A stretch of 64,000 nucleotides of DNA from a bacterium. Its GTDB lineage: Bacteria; Electryoneota; Electryoneia; Electryoneales; Electryoneaceae. The stretch covers positions 864,001-928,000 of the forward strand of contig OY769902.1 of the NCBI GenBank assembly GCA_963669175.1. Reading direction: 5' to 3'. Under the pieces are notes generated by a model, which saw nothing but the letters and a program-made list of their open reading frames with translations, searched no databases and had not been told where the DNA came from. Positions 41,423 through 51,846 of this stretch are shown one piece after another (the stretch's first letter is position 1; every line of letters begins with the position of its first letter). The translations under genes and the position numbers were made by a program.

Positions 41423-43744
41423 ATGAAAGTGCAACGCATCCTTGCAGGAGTATTTTTACTTCTTGCAGCATTCACCGGACCTGTTTTCGGTGAAGCGATT
41501 ATGATCCCGCAAACCGAAGGTTACACCAGTGAGCTTGTCCCGCTAAGAAAAGTAGCCGCTTCCATTTCCATCCAGGACCAGGTAGTCATTACAGAAGTTG
41601 ATCAGAAGTTTGATGCTTTCTGGGGCGGTGGGCCACTGGATGTGTTTTACGCTTATCCGGTTCCGGAGCTGGCGAGTGTGATCGGGTTCGGACGCTGGGT
41701 GGACGGCGAAATATCCTATTTTCCGCTCGTGCAGGAGGAACAGCAGGAGCCGGGTGGAAATGGGGGCAGCCATTTTGAAGAAATCATGGAATACCTGCAA
41801 CCCAATCCTCTTTTTGCGCCACTTTACGAATTGCCGGACGAAATCCTGAACATGCGTCTCGAATATGCCCAACTCATGGAATACGATTTCGGCGAATATG
41901 TCTTCACCTACCCGCTTGGAACCCCCTTTAATGCTGGCAGCATCGATACGGTGATAGTCAATATTGCGATAGAATCCCAGCGGACCATTAATGGTTTTAT
42001 CGTTGAAAACTATAACGTGGAAATCCTGCACCAGGATGCGGACAGCATATCGCTGCAATTCACTGATTTCACCACGCTACCCAACGAAGACCTGACTATC
42101 CGTATCATGGTTGACCAGGAAGACACGGGCATGTGGGTGATGTCCTATTGTGAACATCCTGATTCCATGGGGCATTACCTGGCGGTTCTGGAGCCGGGTG
42201 AAGTAGAACCGGACAATATCCTTCAGAAATACTTCACTTTTGTGCTGGATATCTCTGGAAGTATGGCAGGCACCAAGATTCAGGAAGCACGGGATGCAGC
42301 CATTTTCTGCATTGAACACCTGGACGAAGAGGATTATTTCAACATTGTCACGTTTGAGGGGCAAGTTGCCTGTTGGATGCCGGACCCTGTCATTGCTTCT
42401 GTTGAAAACAAGGCGGCAGCAGTCAGTTTCCTGAATTCACAAACAGCAGGAGGCGGCACCAACCTCAATGGCGCAATGATGCAGGCGCTTGGTCAGGTGA
42501 TGGACACAACGGCTGCAATCCAGGTTCTTCTACTCTCTGACGGTGAACCGACATCGGGTATCACCTATCTGCCATCCATTCTGGATAACATTCAAGAAGC
42601 AAATGTATCAGATGCTTCCATTTTCACCATTGGGGTTGGGGTTTCACAAGCCAATGGCAGCAGTCCGCTCGATTTCCTGAACATGATTGCCTATGAAAAC
42701 CATGGCCTCAGCCTCTTTATCGACCAGACAGACCCGGATATCGCCGGACAGATCGAGAATTTCTTTACTCGCTTTGCTTCTCCTGCCGTGGTAGATATTC
42801 ACATCGGGTACGGCGAGGTTGGTGTGTTCGATTATTATCCGCCTGAACCGTATGCAGTATTCATCGGTTCCCAGACCTTGATTGCCGGACGTTATGAACC
42901 GGGCGGCATGGATTATTGCACCATCACCGGCCGTGTTTCCGGGAATACCTTTGAGGAAGTCTACGGCCCCTTCAATTTCACCGAAGAAGCCCAGGAATTT
43001 CCTTTTGTACCACGTATGTGGGCCATGTCCAAGATCGACTACTGGCTGGCGTACATGGCCGTAAATGGCGAAGATGATGAGATCGTGGATATGATCGTGG
43101 AGCTGTCGCTTCGCTATGGCATCGTCACGCCTTATACCTCATATGATACCGGCGGTGGTGATGATGGCGGCGGTGGCGACGACAACCCGGTATACCGTGG
43201 ACTGTTCCTGACCGCAACCTCCAAATCAGATGGCATCCACCTGAGCTGGAATGAGCCGTCAGTTACCTGTGCAGTGTCCTATGTCATCTATCGCAGTGAG
43301 GACGGCGGACGGACCTTTGCGCGGCTGAATGCAGTTCCCTTGCAGGCGACCAGGTATGTCGATACAGAAATAGTCTCCGGACAGGATTATGTCTACCGTG
43401 TCGAAATGATCGGGCATGACGGGCCTCCGGTATACGGTGAAACAGAAGTGCGCAGCCGTGGAGACATGGATACTGACGCCTTCAGCCTCTATCCAAATCC
43501 GTTCAACGCCGAAGCGAAGCTGAACTTCACTCTTGAAACATCAGCGGCGGTACGTGTGGATCTGTTCAATGTGCTTGGTCAGCAGGTTGCGACCCTTGCG
43601 AACAGCACTATGGGCGCCGGTCAGCACAAATTGTGGATTGATGCGAACCAGTATGCCAGCGGCGCCTATTTCCTGCATATGCACGTACAGCCTGTTGGCG
43701 GTCAACCAGTCACACGGATTCAGCGATTGGTCATAACGAAGTAA
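41423..43744 (+). CDS. VIT + VWA domain protein with FN3-like and T9SS domains
   Basis: VIT-like N-terminus, FVLDISGSM, GGTNL, LLSDGEPT, LSLRYGIVTPYTS, YPNPFNA. Confidence 0.9.
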   Translation: MKVQRILAGVFLLLAAFTGPVFGEAIMIPQTEGYTSELVPLRKVAASISIQDQVVITEVDQKFDAFWGGGPLDVFYAYPVPELASVIGFGRWVDGEISYFPLVQEEQQEPGGNGGSHFEEIMEYLQPNPLFAPLYELPDEILNMRLEYAQLMEYDFGEYVFTYPLGTPFNAGSIDTVIVNIAIESQRTINGFIVENYNVEILHQDADSISLQFTDFTTLPNEDLTIRIMVDQEDTGMWVMSYCEHPDSMGHYLAVLEPGEVEPDNILQKYFTFVLDISGSMAGTKIQEARDAAIFCIEHLDEEDYFNIVTFEGQVACWMPDPVIASVENKAAAVSFLNSQTAGGGTNLNGAMMQALGQVMDTTAAIQVLLLSDGEPTSGITYLPSILDNIQEANVSDASIFTIGVGVSQANGSSPLDFLNMIAYENHGLSLFIDQTDPDIAGQIENFFTRFASPAVVDIHIGYGEVGVFDYYPPEPYAVFIGSQTLIAGRYEPGGMDYCTITGRVSGNTFEEVYGPFNFTEEAQEFPFVPRMWAMSKIDYWLAYMAVNGEDDEIVDMIVELSLRYGIVTPYTSYDTGGGDDGGGGDDNPVYRGLFLTATSKSDGIHLSWNEPSVTCAVSYVIYRSEDGGRTFARLNAVPLQATRYVDTEIVSGQDYVYRVEMIGHDGPPVYGETEVRSRGDMDTDAFSLYPNPFNAEAKLNFTLETSAAVRVDLFNVLGQQVATLANSTMGAGQHKLWIDANQYASGAYFLHMHVQPVGGQPVTRIQRLVITK

Positions 43745-43971
43745 GTCGATTTTACGGCCCTGGAAGCACAGAGCCTTGGGTAAATGTCACTTTTTCTGAA
43801 ATACGAACATGAAACACGGTAATGAGTCATTCTGAAAAGACGCCGGGATTCAACACCGGGCGATGAGCCGGACCGATGACACCGAATAAACCACACGTCT
43901 AGGCTATGCCAGGCAACCATGATACGATTTTCTGACAGGTTCTATGACACCGAATAAAACGCAGGTATGAA

Positions 43972-44106
43972 ATGCTCAATGAAACGGTGTACCTCGTGGC
44001 GCAGGGGGCGATCCTCGACACGGTTGGCAATGCGGTTTCCTATGCGCACCCAGGAAGTCTCCTGGAAGCAGGCATCCTGATCGGACCTCCAGGATGTCAC
44101 CAATAG
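43972..44106 (+). CDS. Possible 44-aa small protein
   Basis: MLNETVYLVAQGAILDTVGNAVSYAHPGSLLEAGILIGPPGCHQ, followed by a hairpin and terminator; no homolog recognised. Confidence 0.25.
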   Translation: MLNETVYLVAQGAILDTVGNAVSYAHPGSLLEAGILIGPPGCHQ

Positions 44107-44136
44107 CCCGCGGGATCCCGCGGTACAGTATCACCC

Positions 44137-44174
44137 GGGCTGTCTCGGTTTCGAGGCAGCCCCTTTGTTTTTCT
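44137..44174 (+). terminator. Intrinsic terminator
   Basis: GGGCTGTCTCG-gttt-CGAGGCAGCCC-TTTGTTTTT. Confidence 0.75.
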
Positions 44175-44501
44175 GGCTGCTCACAAGAATTTGTGACTAT
44201 TATCGACGAGCACGTTTCGTCAGGTCTTGACGTGATGCCTTGTCCTTCTCCGTAATTTCAGATATCTGTCCGACTTCACACCTGCTATTTCGCACGATAG
44301 ATCGTCATCAGGCATCATGTTGTGACCTGACGACAGCGAGAGTGCTGATACCGGTGGCAGGTCACAACGCGACAATAACAGGACGAGAGGCGGTTTCAGT
44401 ATCATTGTGCATTCAGGCAAACATAGCGAAAGCTGAAAACGGAATGTCGCGTCAAGGCCTGCCACAACATTGCCCGAATGCACAAATTCTTGTGGGGAAC
44501 C
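44175..44501 (+). mobile_element. MITE family A copy 2 (327 bp)
   Basis: Same TIRs; 8-bp TSD GTTTTTCT. Confidence 0.93.
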
Positions 44502-44640
44502 GTTTTTCTCTACAGCGTGTTAAGGATTCACGCCATATTTCTGTATCTCAAACAGCTTTTCCCTTGCTCAGCCTGTTCTTCTGTCGCATATTAGTGTCAG
44601 AGCTGGATCTTGCACGGTTGTCCCTGGTCTGGGAGGAGTT

Positions 44641-47600
44641 ATGTCTACCCGAATCCGCACCATATTCATTTTGCTATCCCTGTTGCTTTTTCCTGTTGTG
44701 AGCCTGTCCCAGGTTACGCTTGAGGGTGCCCTGAGCGGTACACTTGAGGCGGATACCTATGAAGTCGTTGGTTCGATCACGGTAAATCCTGAAGATACCC
44801 TTGTGATTGAAGCCGGGACACGTTTTGAGTTCATGGGATTCTACACATTCGCGATACAGGGATACCTTGAAGCCGAAGGAACTGAAGAAGATTCTATCGT
44901 TTTCATGGCTGGCGATACGACGGCTTGGAGCGGGATTGTTTTCCAGGGCGAACATGAAGATTCCTGCCGCATTTCATATGCTCTGATTACAGGGGCGTCA
45001 ACGGGAGCCATATACTGCCAGAACAGCGCCAACCCGGTCTTTCACCATGTCGATATTGTACACAATGCAGGTTCCTACGGCGCCGGGATCTCATGCAGCT
45101 CCTCTAACCCGCGCATCAGCTATTGCCTTTTGCTGGAAAACAATGCCTCGGTAAAAGGTGGCGGAATCTATTGTATTCAGTCCAGCCCGCATATCTCACA
45201 CAGCCAGTTTATCCGTAATGATGGCGGGAGCTGGGGTGGTGGCATGAACCTGTATACCGGATCAGCCCCCCTGATTGAATACTGCACCATTGAAGACAAT
45301 GTCGCCGGATCAACCGGTGGCGGTTTCCATATCAGTGGCAGTTCACCGACGATCCGTAACAGTGTCATCGATGGCAACGACGCCCCGAACTATGGTGGCG
45401 GGATTAACCTGTACAACGGCGCTACTGCGTTGGTGGACCACTGTCTCATTGTCGGCAACACCACGAATATCGGCGGCGCGGGTATTTATCACACACGTTC
45501 CAGTTCGCAAATCCGCTATTGTACTATCGTGGATAATGTGGCCGGTTCTTACGGTGGCGGTGTCTGTTTTTATGAGTCGGACAGTACTTCGATTGTCGGG
45601 TGCATTGTATCAACCAATACAGGTTTTGGGGGGCTTTACAATACTGCTTCCGATGTGCTGGTCGGCTATAACCTGGCTTTTGGGAATGATGGTGGAGAGT
45701 TTGCCGGTGAATGGGCGGACTGGATCGGTGATGCGGTGATTACCAATGCCAACGGTGATGATTGTGACCTGATGTATAACATTCAAGTGGATGCCGGGCT
45801 GGCGGAGGATTACACGCTGTCTGACGTGTCACCGGCGCTGGATGCCGGGAATTGGAATGACGAGGCTGACCCGGACGGCACCCTTCCCGATATTGGCGCA
45901 TTTTATTATGAGCACGAGGATTCGCCGGAAGTGCCCGAAGCCCCGGGCACGACTACCATGAACTGTGTAGCACGGCTCCAGTACAGCAATAACCACGCAG
46001 GGATAAAGATTGTTCTTGTGCCCCAGTCACCGTTCGCAGAACGAGATAGCACCTATACCAACGCAACAGGCAATTTCTCGTTTTCCGTAATAACCGGTGT
46101 ATATGACCTGGTGTATTCGTATGATGAGTACCAGTCCATCACCCTCCCGCTTCGTGGGATTTACGAAGGCGCATATATAGCCATGCAAACTCTCGCTCCC
46201 GATCCCATTTCCGGTAGTATCTCCGGGATCATGGGCCCGGGTTTTTACCGCGTCGATGATACCCTCCGAGTGGAAACGGAAGACAGCTTGACAATTATGC
46301 CCGGTACGACAATACTTTTCGATGGAGATGTCGTTTTTGAAGTGAATGGCGTCCTGCTTGCCGAAGGGACATCGATAGACAGTATCCTGTTTTATCCCTC
46401 TACGACCACCAACTGGCAGGGGATTCACCTTACCGGCGATCAGGCTGGCGGCAGCCGTTTCAGTTATTGCCGTATGCTGCATGCCACCCCGCATGCGGTG
46501 GAAATATCAGGCTCATCACCTCAGTTTGTGGACACGGAATTCCGAAACAACAATGCGGGGAACCGAAACGGCGCCGGTGTTCTTGTTGAAGACGAAAGTG
46601 CGCCCCTGTTCAAGCGTTGCCTGTTCCGTGGAAATACGGCCGCTTCCGGCGGTGGCGCTGTGGCTGTAACGAACAATGCCGAAGCTGAATTTGTCCAATG
46701 TACATTCGTATCCAATACCGGTGATTATGGGAGCAGCGCCTATATCATGGACAGTTCACCCACGTTTAATTCGTGCCTGTTCACCAACGACAACGGTCAG
46801 TTCCTGTTTGCCTTGGCAAACTGCGCCGGATTGAGTATTCATCATTGCCTGATGGATACGGAAAACAATCTCTTTTACGGTGAACAGGAGTTGCCTGCAG
46901 GTATGGGCGTGGTTGACAGGGTGAACGCCTCGAATGATTCCACGGATATCTTCTTCAACCTGTATTGCCCGCCACTGCTGCGGAATGTGAACCTCAGGTA
47001 CTATACTCTTACAGTCCATTCCCCGGCGCTGAATGCCGGTGACCCGGACTTGCCGTTGGATGCTGACTATACGGTCGCGGATATCGGGGCGTTTCCCTAT
47101 ACGCATCAGGGTGCAGGCTCACGTTTCCCCGAGACCATTCACAGCTTCGGTGAATTGACAATCATGGAGCCCGTTGTCTGGGAATGCCGGGTTGTGAACA
47201 CCGGGTCCGAAAACCTGGTCATGTCCATCTGGGAATGCAACACGGATGCTTTCCGTATTGAACTGGGTGATTCCATGGTTGTTGCCCCGGGTGAATTCTC
47301 CACCATTCCGGTCTGTTTTGATGGGGACGAAGATGGGGTGTATAACGGCATCCTGACGATATATACCAACAACCCGCTGTTACCCGAGGTTGTTTTACGG
47401 TTGACCGGTTCTATCAACACAAACGATGTTGCTGAGGGAACCCGTCCGCCCATTCCGGAAACCTTCTCTATTACGAGCGCTTATCCAAATCCTTTCAATG
47501 CTCGTTTGTCGGTGGAGGTTGGTCTGCCGCAGTCGGGACGTCTGTTACTGGATGTCTATAATGTACTGGGACAGCGAGTAACACAGCTTGCCGATACGGA

Positions 47601-47727
47601 ATACCGCGCGGGATATCACCTGTTCTCCCTGGACGGGGACGGACTGGCAACGGGGCTCTATTTCGTCCGGGCACAATTTGGTGGAGATCGTAATGTGGCT
47701 ATGCAGAAGGTGATGCTTCTGAAGTGA
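44641..47727 (+). CDS. Right-handed parallel beta-helix repeat protein (two helices) with Ig-like and T9SS domains
   Basis: GGGIY/GGGMN/GGAV repeats, SPALDAG...DPDGTLPDIGAF type motif twice, AYPNPFNA...VMLLK. Confidence 0.9.
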   Translation: MSTRIRTIFILLSLLLFPVVSLSQVTLEGALSGTLEADTYEVVGSITVNPEDTLVIEAGTRFEFMGFYTFAIQGYLEAEGTEEDSIVFMAGDTTAWSGIVFQGEHEDSCRISYALITGASTGAIYCQNSANPVFHHVDIVHNAGSYGAGISCSSSNPRISYCLLLENNASVKGGGIYCIQSSPHISHSQFIRNDGGSWGGGMNLYTGSAPLIEYCTIEDNVAGSTGGGFHISGSSPTIRNSVIDGNDAPNYGGGINLYNGATALVDHCLIVGNTTNIGGAGIYHTRSSSQIRYCTIVDNVAGSYGGGVCFYESDSTSIVGCIVSTNTGFGGLYNTASDVLVGYNLAFGNDGGEFAGEWADWIGDAVITNANGDDCDLMYNIQVDAGLAEDYTLSDVSPALDAGNWNDEADPDGTLPDIGAFYYEHEDSPEVPEAPGTTTMNCVARLQYSNNHAGIKIVLVPQSPFAERDSTYTNATGNFSFSVITGVYDLVYSYDEYQSITLPLRGIYEGAYIAMQTLAPDPISGSISGIMGPGFYRVDDTLRVETEDSLTIMPGTTILFDGDVVFEVNGVLLAEGTSIDSILFYPSTTTNWQGIHLTGDQAGGSRFSYCRMLHATPHAVEISGSSPQFVDTEFRNNNAGNRNGAGVLVEDESAPLFKRCLFRGNTAASGGGAVAVTNNAEAEFVQCTFVSNTGDYGSSAYIMDSSPTFNSCLFTNDNGQFLFALANCAGLSIHHCLMDTENNLFYGEQELPAGMGVVDRVNASNDSTDIFFNLYCPPLLRNVNLRYYTLTVHSPALNAGDPDLPLDADYTVADIGAFPYTHQGAGSRFPETIHSFGELTIMEPVVWECRVVNTGSENLVMSIWECNTDAFRIELGDSMVVAPGEFSTIPVCFDGDEDGVYNGILTIYTNNPLLPEVVLRLTGSINTNDVAEGTRPPIPETFSITSAYPNPFNARLSVEVGLPQSGRLLLDVYNVLGQRVTQLADTEYRAGYHLFSLDGDGLATGLYFVRAQFGGDRNVAMQKVMLLK

Positions 47728-47777
47728 AAAAAGTGGACAGAGAAAAAAAGGTAGCCCGTCCATGCCTGGACGGGTTT

Positions 47778-47963
47778 TTACTGACTATAGTGATCACGGA
47801 AAACCAGGAAAAAATTGCGGCCGCATTCCCCGCAGTGGTAGGGGTGCCAGTTCAGCATGGGCCAGATCACCATCTGCACGAAACCTTTTCGTCCCTCGCG
47901 CCGGATACGCTGGCTGCCACAATAGGGACACGCTTTTTCTCTAAAACGGTTCAGGAAGCCCAT
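47778..47963 (-). CDS. Small Zn-ribbon protein
   Basis: CPYCGSQRIRR...PYHCGECGRNF; AAGGAG RBS. Confidence 0.75.
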   Translation of the reverse strand: MGFLNRFREKACPYCGSQRIRREGRKGFVQMVIWPMLNWHPYHCGECGRNFFLVFRDHYSQ

Positions 47964-48174
47964 TACGGGCGCTCCTTGTAGCAAAGTTTCACATGGCTTT
48001 TGCAGGGAAAGTACGAGGTTGATTCCCTGGATTCAAGTTGCGAGAGGTCATGTACAGGTGATAATCGAGTAGGAAACCATTCGCTGGAACCTCCTCGCTT
48101 CTTGCCATTGCCTGACATAAGCTATAGCTTATAGAGAAACGAAGGGTGGGTATCCTTCACGATTGGGAGGCAGG

Positions 48175-48810
48175 ATGACACGAAAGTTCCTGGTTTTTAC
48201 ATTGATTTTGCTGGTGCTGACGCCGGCTGCATTTGCGAAAAGAGATGCGTACTACATCAACGCGGGTGTATTCAACCCCAAAGCCACCGACAGCGGCCTG
48301 ATGATTCATCTGAATACCAGCAGGGTATTCGATGAAAAGGTCGATTTCGGCGTTTCGCTGGACTTTTACAGCAAGACATCAACGGATGATCAGCGCATTA
48401 CCTGGCAGGATCCGAATACAAACACCAGCATTGACACGGTAGTGACCAGTTTTGAATCACGGAAAGTGATGCTTCCGGTCATGGCTGAGCTAAGTATCCG
48501 AATTCCTGTTGAATTTCCGGTTTACCCGTTAATCAAGGCCGGTCTCGGGTACGCTTTCCTGTGGAACAGCTTTGACAACTATAAGACAAAAGAGAGTGAA
48601 ACCCAGTTCTATCACGGCATGTGCTGGCGACTGGGTATTGGCGGGATGTACCGTCTGGGTCACAGCAGCGCCTTGACCGTGGAGGGGTTCTACAATGGCT
48701 GTAAAACCAGCCGTAAAGAGGATTCCGTGATCGGGTTGCCCACACGTACTGAAATAGACATGAGTGGCCTTGGTTTTATGGTCGGCCTTCGCCTGGGTGG
48801 TTTTTATTAA
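48175..48810 (+). CDS. Outer-membrane beta-barrel protein
   Basis: Signal peptide, PLIKAGLGY, MSGLGFMVGLRL. Confidence 0.75.
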   Translation: MTRKFLVFTLILLVLTPAAFAKRDAYYINAGVFNPKATDSGLMIHLNTSRVFDEKVDFGVSLDFYSKTSTDDQRITWQDPNTNTSIDTVVTSFESRKVMLPVMAELSIRIPVEFPVYPLIKAGLGYAFLWNSFDNYKTKESETQFYHGMCWRLGIGGMYRLGHSSALTVEGFYNGCKTSRKEDSVIGLPTRTEIDMSGLGFMVGLRLGGFY

Positions 48811-48832
48811 GCCGAAACACCTGAGATTTCCC

Positions 48833-48861
48833 AACGCCGGGTCATACGATCCGGCGTTTTT
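48833..48861 (+). terminator. Intrinsic terminator
   Basis: AACGCCGGGTC-atac-GATCCGGCGTTTTT. Confidence 0.7.
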
Positions 48862-48971
48862 CATATGGCAATCATTGTCAGTATCTTACACTTGCAGAAC
48901 AGGTTTTCAGATAGCACCTTACAAGCAGATTCTTTTTTCTTCTTCCACCCAGTTTTCGAGAAGGCAAATCC

Positions 48972-50252
48972 ATGACCAGGACGCGTTCAATTCTTATATC
49001 AGCCATCCTGATCCTGATAGCTGTCGTCAGCCAGTCTACGGCCGGCATCATCCTTTCGCCTGAACCGAATATCCGCAAGGAGCCGGTCAGGAAAACGCCG
49101 CCCAATGCGTCCCAACTGGATACGACAACTCCGCAACCGACTGCGATCCTGCCGGACAGCCTGCTGATTACTACCGAACCGGATACCATCACTCTGCTTG
49201 CGGTCGGTGATATCCTGTTCCACGATACCTGCATTCGTTCCGGGTTTGATCCAAAAACCAACACTTATGATTTTTCCGCCATATTCTCCGAAGTGGCGCC
49301 CCTTTTCCACAAAGCCGACCTGGTTATCGGGAACATGGAAGGCAAGCTGGCCGACACGGAAATCAAGGTTAATATCTGGGAATACAAGGATTTCGGCGGG
49401 TATACCGGCTATCCCCTTTTTAATGCGCCGCCACAACTCGCCACAGACCTGAAAGAAGCCGGTTTCACCGCAGTTACCACCGCTAATAATCACGCCATGG
49501 ATCGTCTTTCTGCGGGCATTTTCAGCACCAACCGGCACCTTGATGAAGCTGGACTGATCCACGCTGGCACGTCAACCAGCCAGGCGGACCGGGACTCGAT
49601 ACGAATTCTCGAAGCGGATGGGTTCCGGATCGCGTTTTTGTCCTGTACGTATGGCACCAACGGTATCCTGCCGGACAGCAGCCAGCCGTGGCTGGTGAAT
49701 TATATCGATCTCAAGCAGATCCGTGCCGATGTCGAGCGTGCCAAAGCGCTGCACCCGGACCTGATCCTGATCACTCCGCATTGGGGAATCGAATACCAGC
49801 GGACCCCGAATGATGTGCAGACATCCCTGGCCGACTCCATGTTCGCCATGGGGATCGACATCATCCTGGGCAGCCATCCGCATGTTGTCCAACCCTGTGA
49901 AATCCGCTATTCCGAGACGGATTCCACTCGTATTAAAGGTGTTGTCATTTACTCTCTCGGCAACTTCATTTCCAACCAGAGCAACGAATTCACTGACGAA
50001 GGCCTGATCTTACAGGTTGACATCGCACGAGATACTACCGGCGTAGTCTTTATCGCCGATGTTGTCACGCATCCGACCTGGGTGCAACGCTGGGACGTGG
50101 ACAGTATTCGTTATTTCAAGGTCATCCCAATCGAAGAAAAGATCCTTGTGGATAAAGATCATCCCCCGGCGCTGGATCGTGCGATGCTGGAAAAACTGTT
50201 TGACCGCGCCCAGAAACACCTTCAATCACTGGATACTGATGAGCAGCCTTGA
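48972..50252 (+). CDS. CapA family (PGA_cap) metallophosphoesterase-fold protein
   Basis: VGDILFH, GNME, ANNHAMD, PHWGIEY, GSHPHVVQ, YSLGNFIS. Confidence 0.93.
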   Translation: MTRTRSILISAILILIAVVSQSTAGIILSPEPNIRKEPVRKTPPNASQLDTTTPQPTAILPDSLLITTEPDTITLLAVGDILFHDTCIRSGFDPKTNTYDFSAIFSEVAPLFHKADLVIGNMEGKLADTEIKVNIWEYKDFGGYTGYPLFNAPPQLATDLKEAGFTAVTTANNHAMDRLSAGIFSTNRHLDEAGLIHAGTSTSQADRDSIRILEADGFRIAFLSCTYGTNGILPDSSQPWLVNYIDLKQIRADVERAKALHPDLILITPHWGIEYQRTPNDVQTSLADSMFAMGIDIILGSHPHVVQPCEIRYSETDSTRIKGVVIYSLGNFISNQSNEFTDEGLILQVDIARDTTGVVFIADVVTHPTWVQRWDVDSIRYFKVIPIEEKILVDKDHPPALDRAMLEKLFDRAQKHLQSLDTDEQP

Positions 50253-50979
50253 GCGACCACGCTACCTGTCGCCCGGTTTAAACCCGCAGCAGTTCCCTCC
50301 TGTACCGGAGAACTTCTGGGGCCAACTCTTCCAACATCTCTGGGATTACTGGGGTGATCCCTACTGGTGGCCGGGTCAAGACGCCTGGGAAGTGGCTGTG
50401 GGAGCTGTCCTGACTCAGAATACCACCTGGACCAATGTGGAGAAAGCGCTGGTTGAACTGCGGTCACGTAAGCTGACTACTCCTCCCGCTATCCTTGGCA
50501 CAGCTCGAGCAGAACTGGCGCCGATTATCCGGAGTGCAGGCTATTTCAACCAGAAAGCGAAGAAACTTCACGCTTTAGCTGAACTGTGGCTTTCGGAATC
50601 CTTCAAGCAACGCCTGAAACTGTTAAGTGGGACAGGGAACCCGGACTTTTTATCCGTACAAAGTATGCGTGATTCTCTGCTACAAGTCTGGGGAGTCGGG
50701 CCTGAGACGGCTGACAGTGTCTCATGCTACTCGCTGGGGTTGCCTGTTTTTGTTGTGGATAAATATACTCAGCGTATGCTTGCACGGGTAAATGGAACTT
50801 CCATATTGCCTTCTTATTGTGACGTTCAAGAGGATGTTCACACCTCTCTTCCACGCGATACCATGCTTTTTAACCATCTGCACGGCCTGATCGTCAACCT
50901 GGGCAAGGATATTTGTACCGCACGCGTAACCCATTGTGATCGTTGCCCGTTAAACGAGATGTGCGCCTCCCGGGTTTGA
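50239..50979 (+). CDS. Endonuclease III-related HhH-GPD DNA glycosylase
   Basis: EVAVGAVLTQNTTWTNVEKA, GVGPETAD, FVVDKY, C-terminal Fe-S cysteines. Confidence 0.9.
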   Translation: MSSLERPRYLSPGLNPQQFPPVPENFWGQLFQHLWDYWGDPYWWPGQDAWEVAVGAVLTQNTTWTNVEKALVELRSRKLTTPPAILGTARAELAPIIRSAGYFNQKAKKLHALAELWLSESFKQRLKLLSGTGNPDFLSVQSMRDSLLQVWGVGPETADSVSCYSLGLPVFVVDKYTQRMLARVNGTSILPSYCDVQEDVHTSLPRDTMLFNHLHGLIVNLGKDICTARVTHCDRCPLNEMCASRV

Positions 50980-51221
50980 GTTAAACACCAACTATATAAA
51001 GGGATAACACACTCTCTTCAGCCTCTTTTTGAAGGGATGAGCCTAATCTTTGTCTCTGAGGCGACCTCTCGGAGGCTCTCGCTTGCATTTCACGTTTTTC
51101 CGGTTTTTGTTCCGTATACTCTATCCGTAAGAAAGCTCCGGGATGTTGGGGTTTTCGATGAGAACCAGGCCTTGGGAGGTGCTGGGAGGGTCGGAACGGT
51201 TGGGAAACCAGCGAGGCGATC

Positions 51222-51476
51222 ATGACAGAGGCGAAGACAGTACGTTTGGAAGTCCGCTTGCCTGAACGCATGATGGAGGAAGTCAAGAAGATTGCTCCTC
51301 CGGACGGATCAGGTCGGCCGAATGTGAGCCAGTTGGTCCGGGATGCATTGCAGGCCGAACTGCAAAAGCATGCGGCGCAAGGGATGGTCAAGTGGGCAAA
51401 GCGTAGCCAGGATGTCTTGCGGGGAGTTGAACATGAATGGAGCGTCAGCAGTTCAGACGGAGTCTCTGCGGGTTGA
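51222..51476 (+). CDS. Ribbon-helix-helix antitoxin-like protein
   Basis: VRLEVRLPERMM...NVSQLVRDAL; overlaps downstream PemK gene. Confidence 0.75.
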   Translation: MTEAKTVRLEVRLPERMMEEVKKIAPPDGSGRPNVSQLVRDALQAELQKHAAQGMVKWAKRSQDVLRGVEHEWSVSSSDGVSAG

Positions 51477-51846
51477 GAACCTCCGTCGCGGCGACATCTG
51501 GTTTGTCAAGATGGGCCGCATGGACGGTAGCGGGCTTCGTAAAATCATGCCCTGCGTGATCGTCCAGATTGACGAGATGAACCAGTCGGGCGCGTTGGAT
51601 ACGGCTGTGATTGTTCCCCTTTCCAATCGTGTTCCGGCTGACGACGAACTTACCGAGTACGATGTGGTGCTCGATCCTCAGGACACCGGGCTGCCGAAAC
51701 CTGCCATTGCGGCTTGGACACAGATCCGAACTTTATCCCCTGATTTGATGATGAAACGCACCGGACGGGTAAACGGGGAGATTATGCGCCAGTTGGCGGA
51801 TAATATCGCTATGCTGGTGGGGAAACTACCGGAGCGTTTCGATTGA
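51433..51846 (+). CDS. PemK/MazF family toxin-like protein
   Basis: RRGDIWFV, PCVIVQ.D..N, IVPLS, TGLPKP, QIRTL. Confidence 0.85.
   Translation: MNGASAVQTESLRVENLRRGDIWFVKMGRMDGSGLRKIMPCVIVQIDEMNQSGALDTAVIVPLSNRVPADDELTEYDVVLDPQDTGLPKPAIAAWTQIRTLSPDLMMKRTGRVNGEIMRQLADNIAMLVGKLPERFD

Noticed and set aside
43876-43970. Mini CRISPR array
   Set aside because: Two 15-bp non-palindromic repeats only; no cas genes in window
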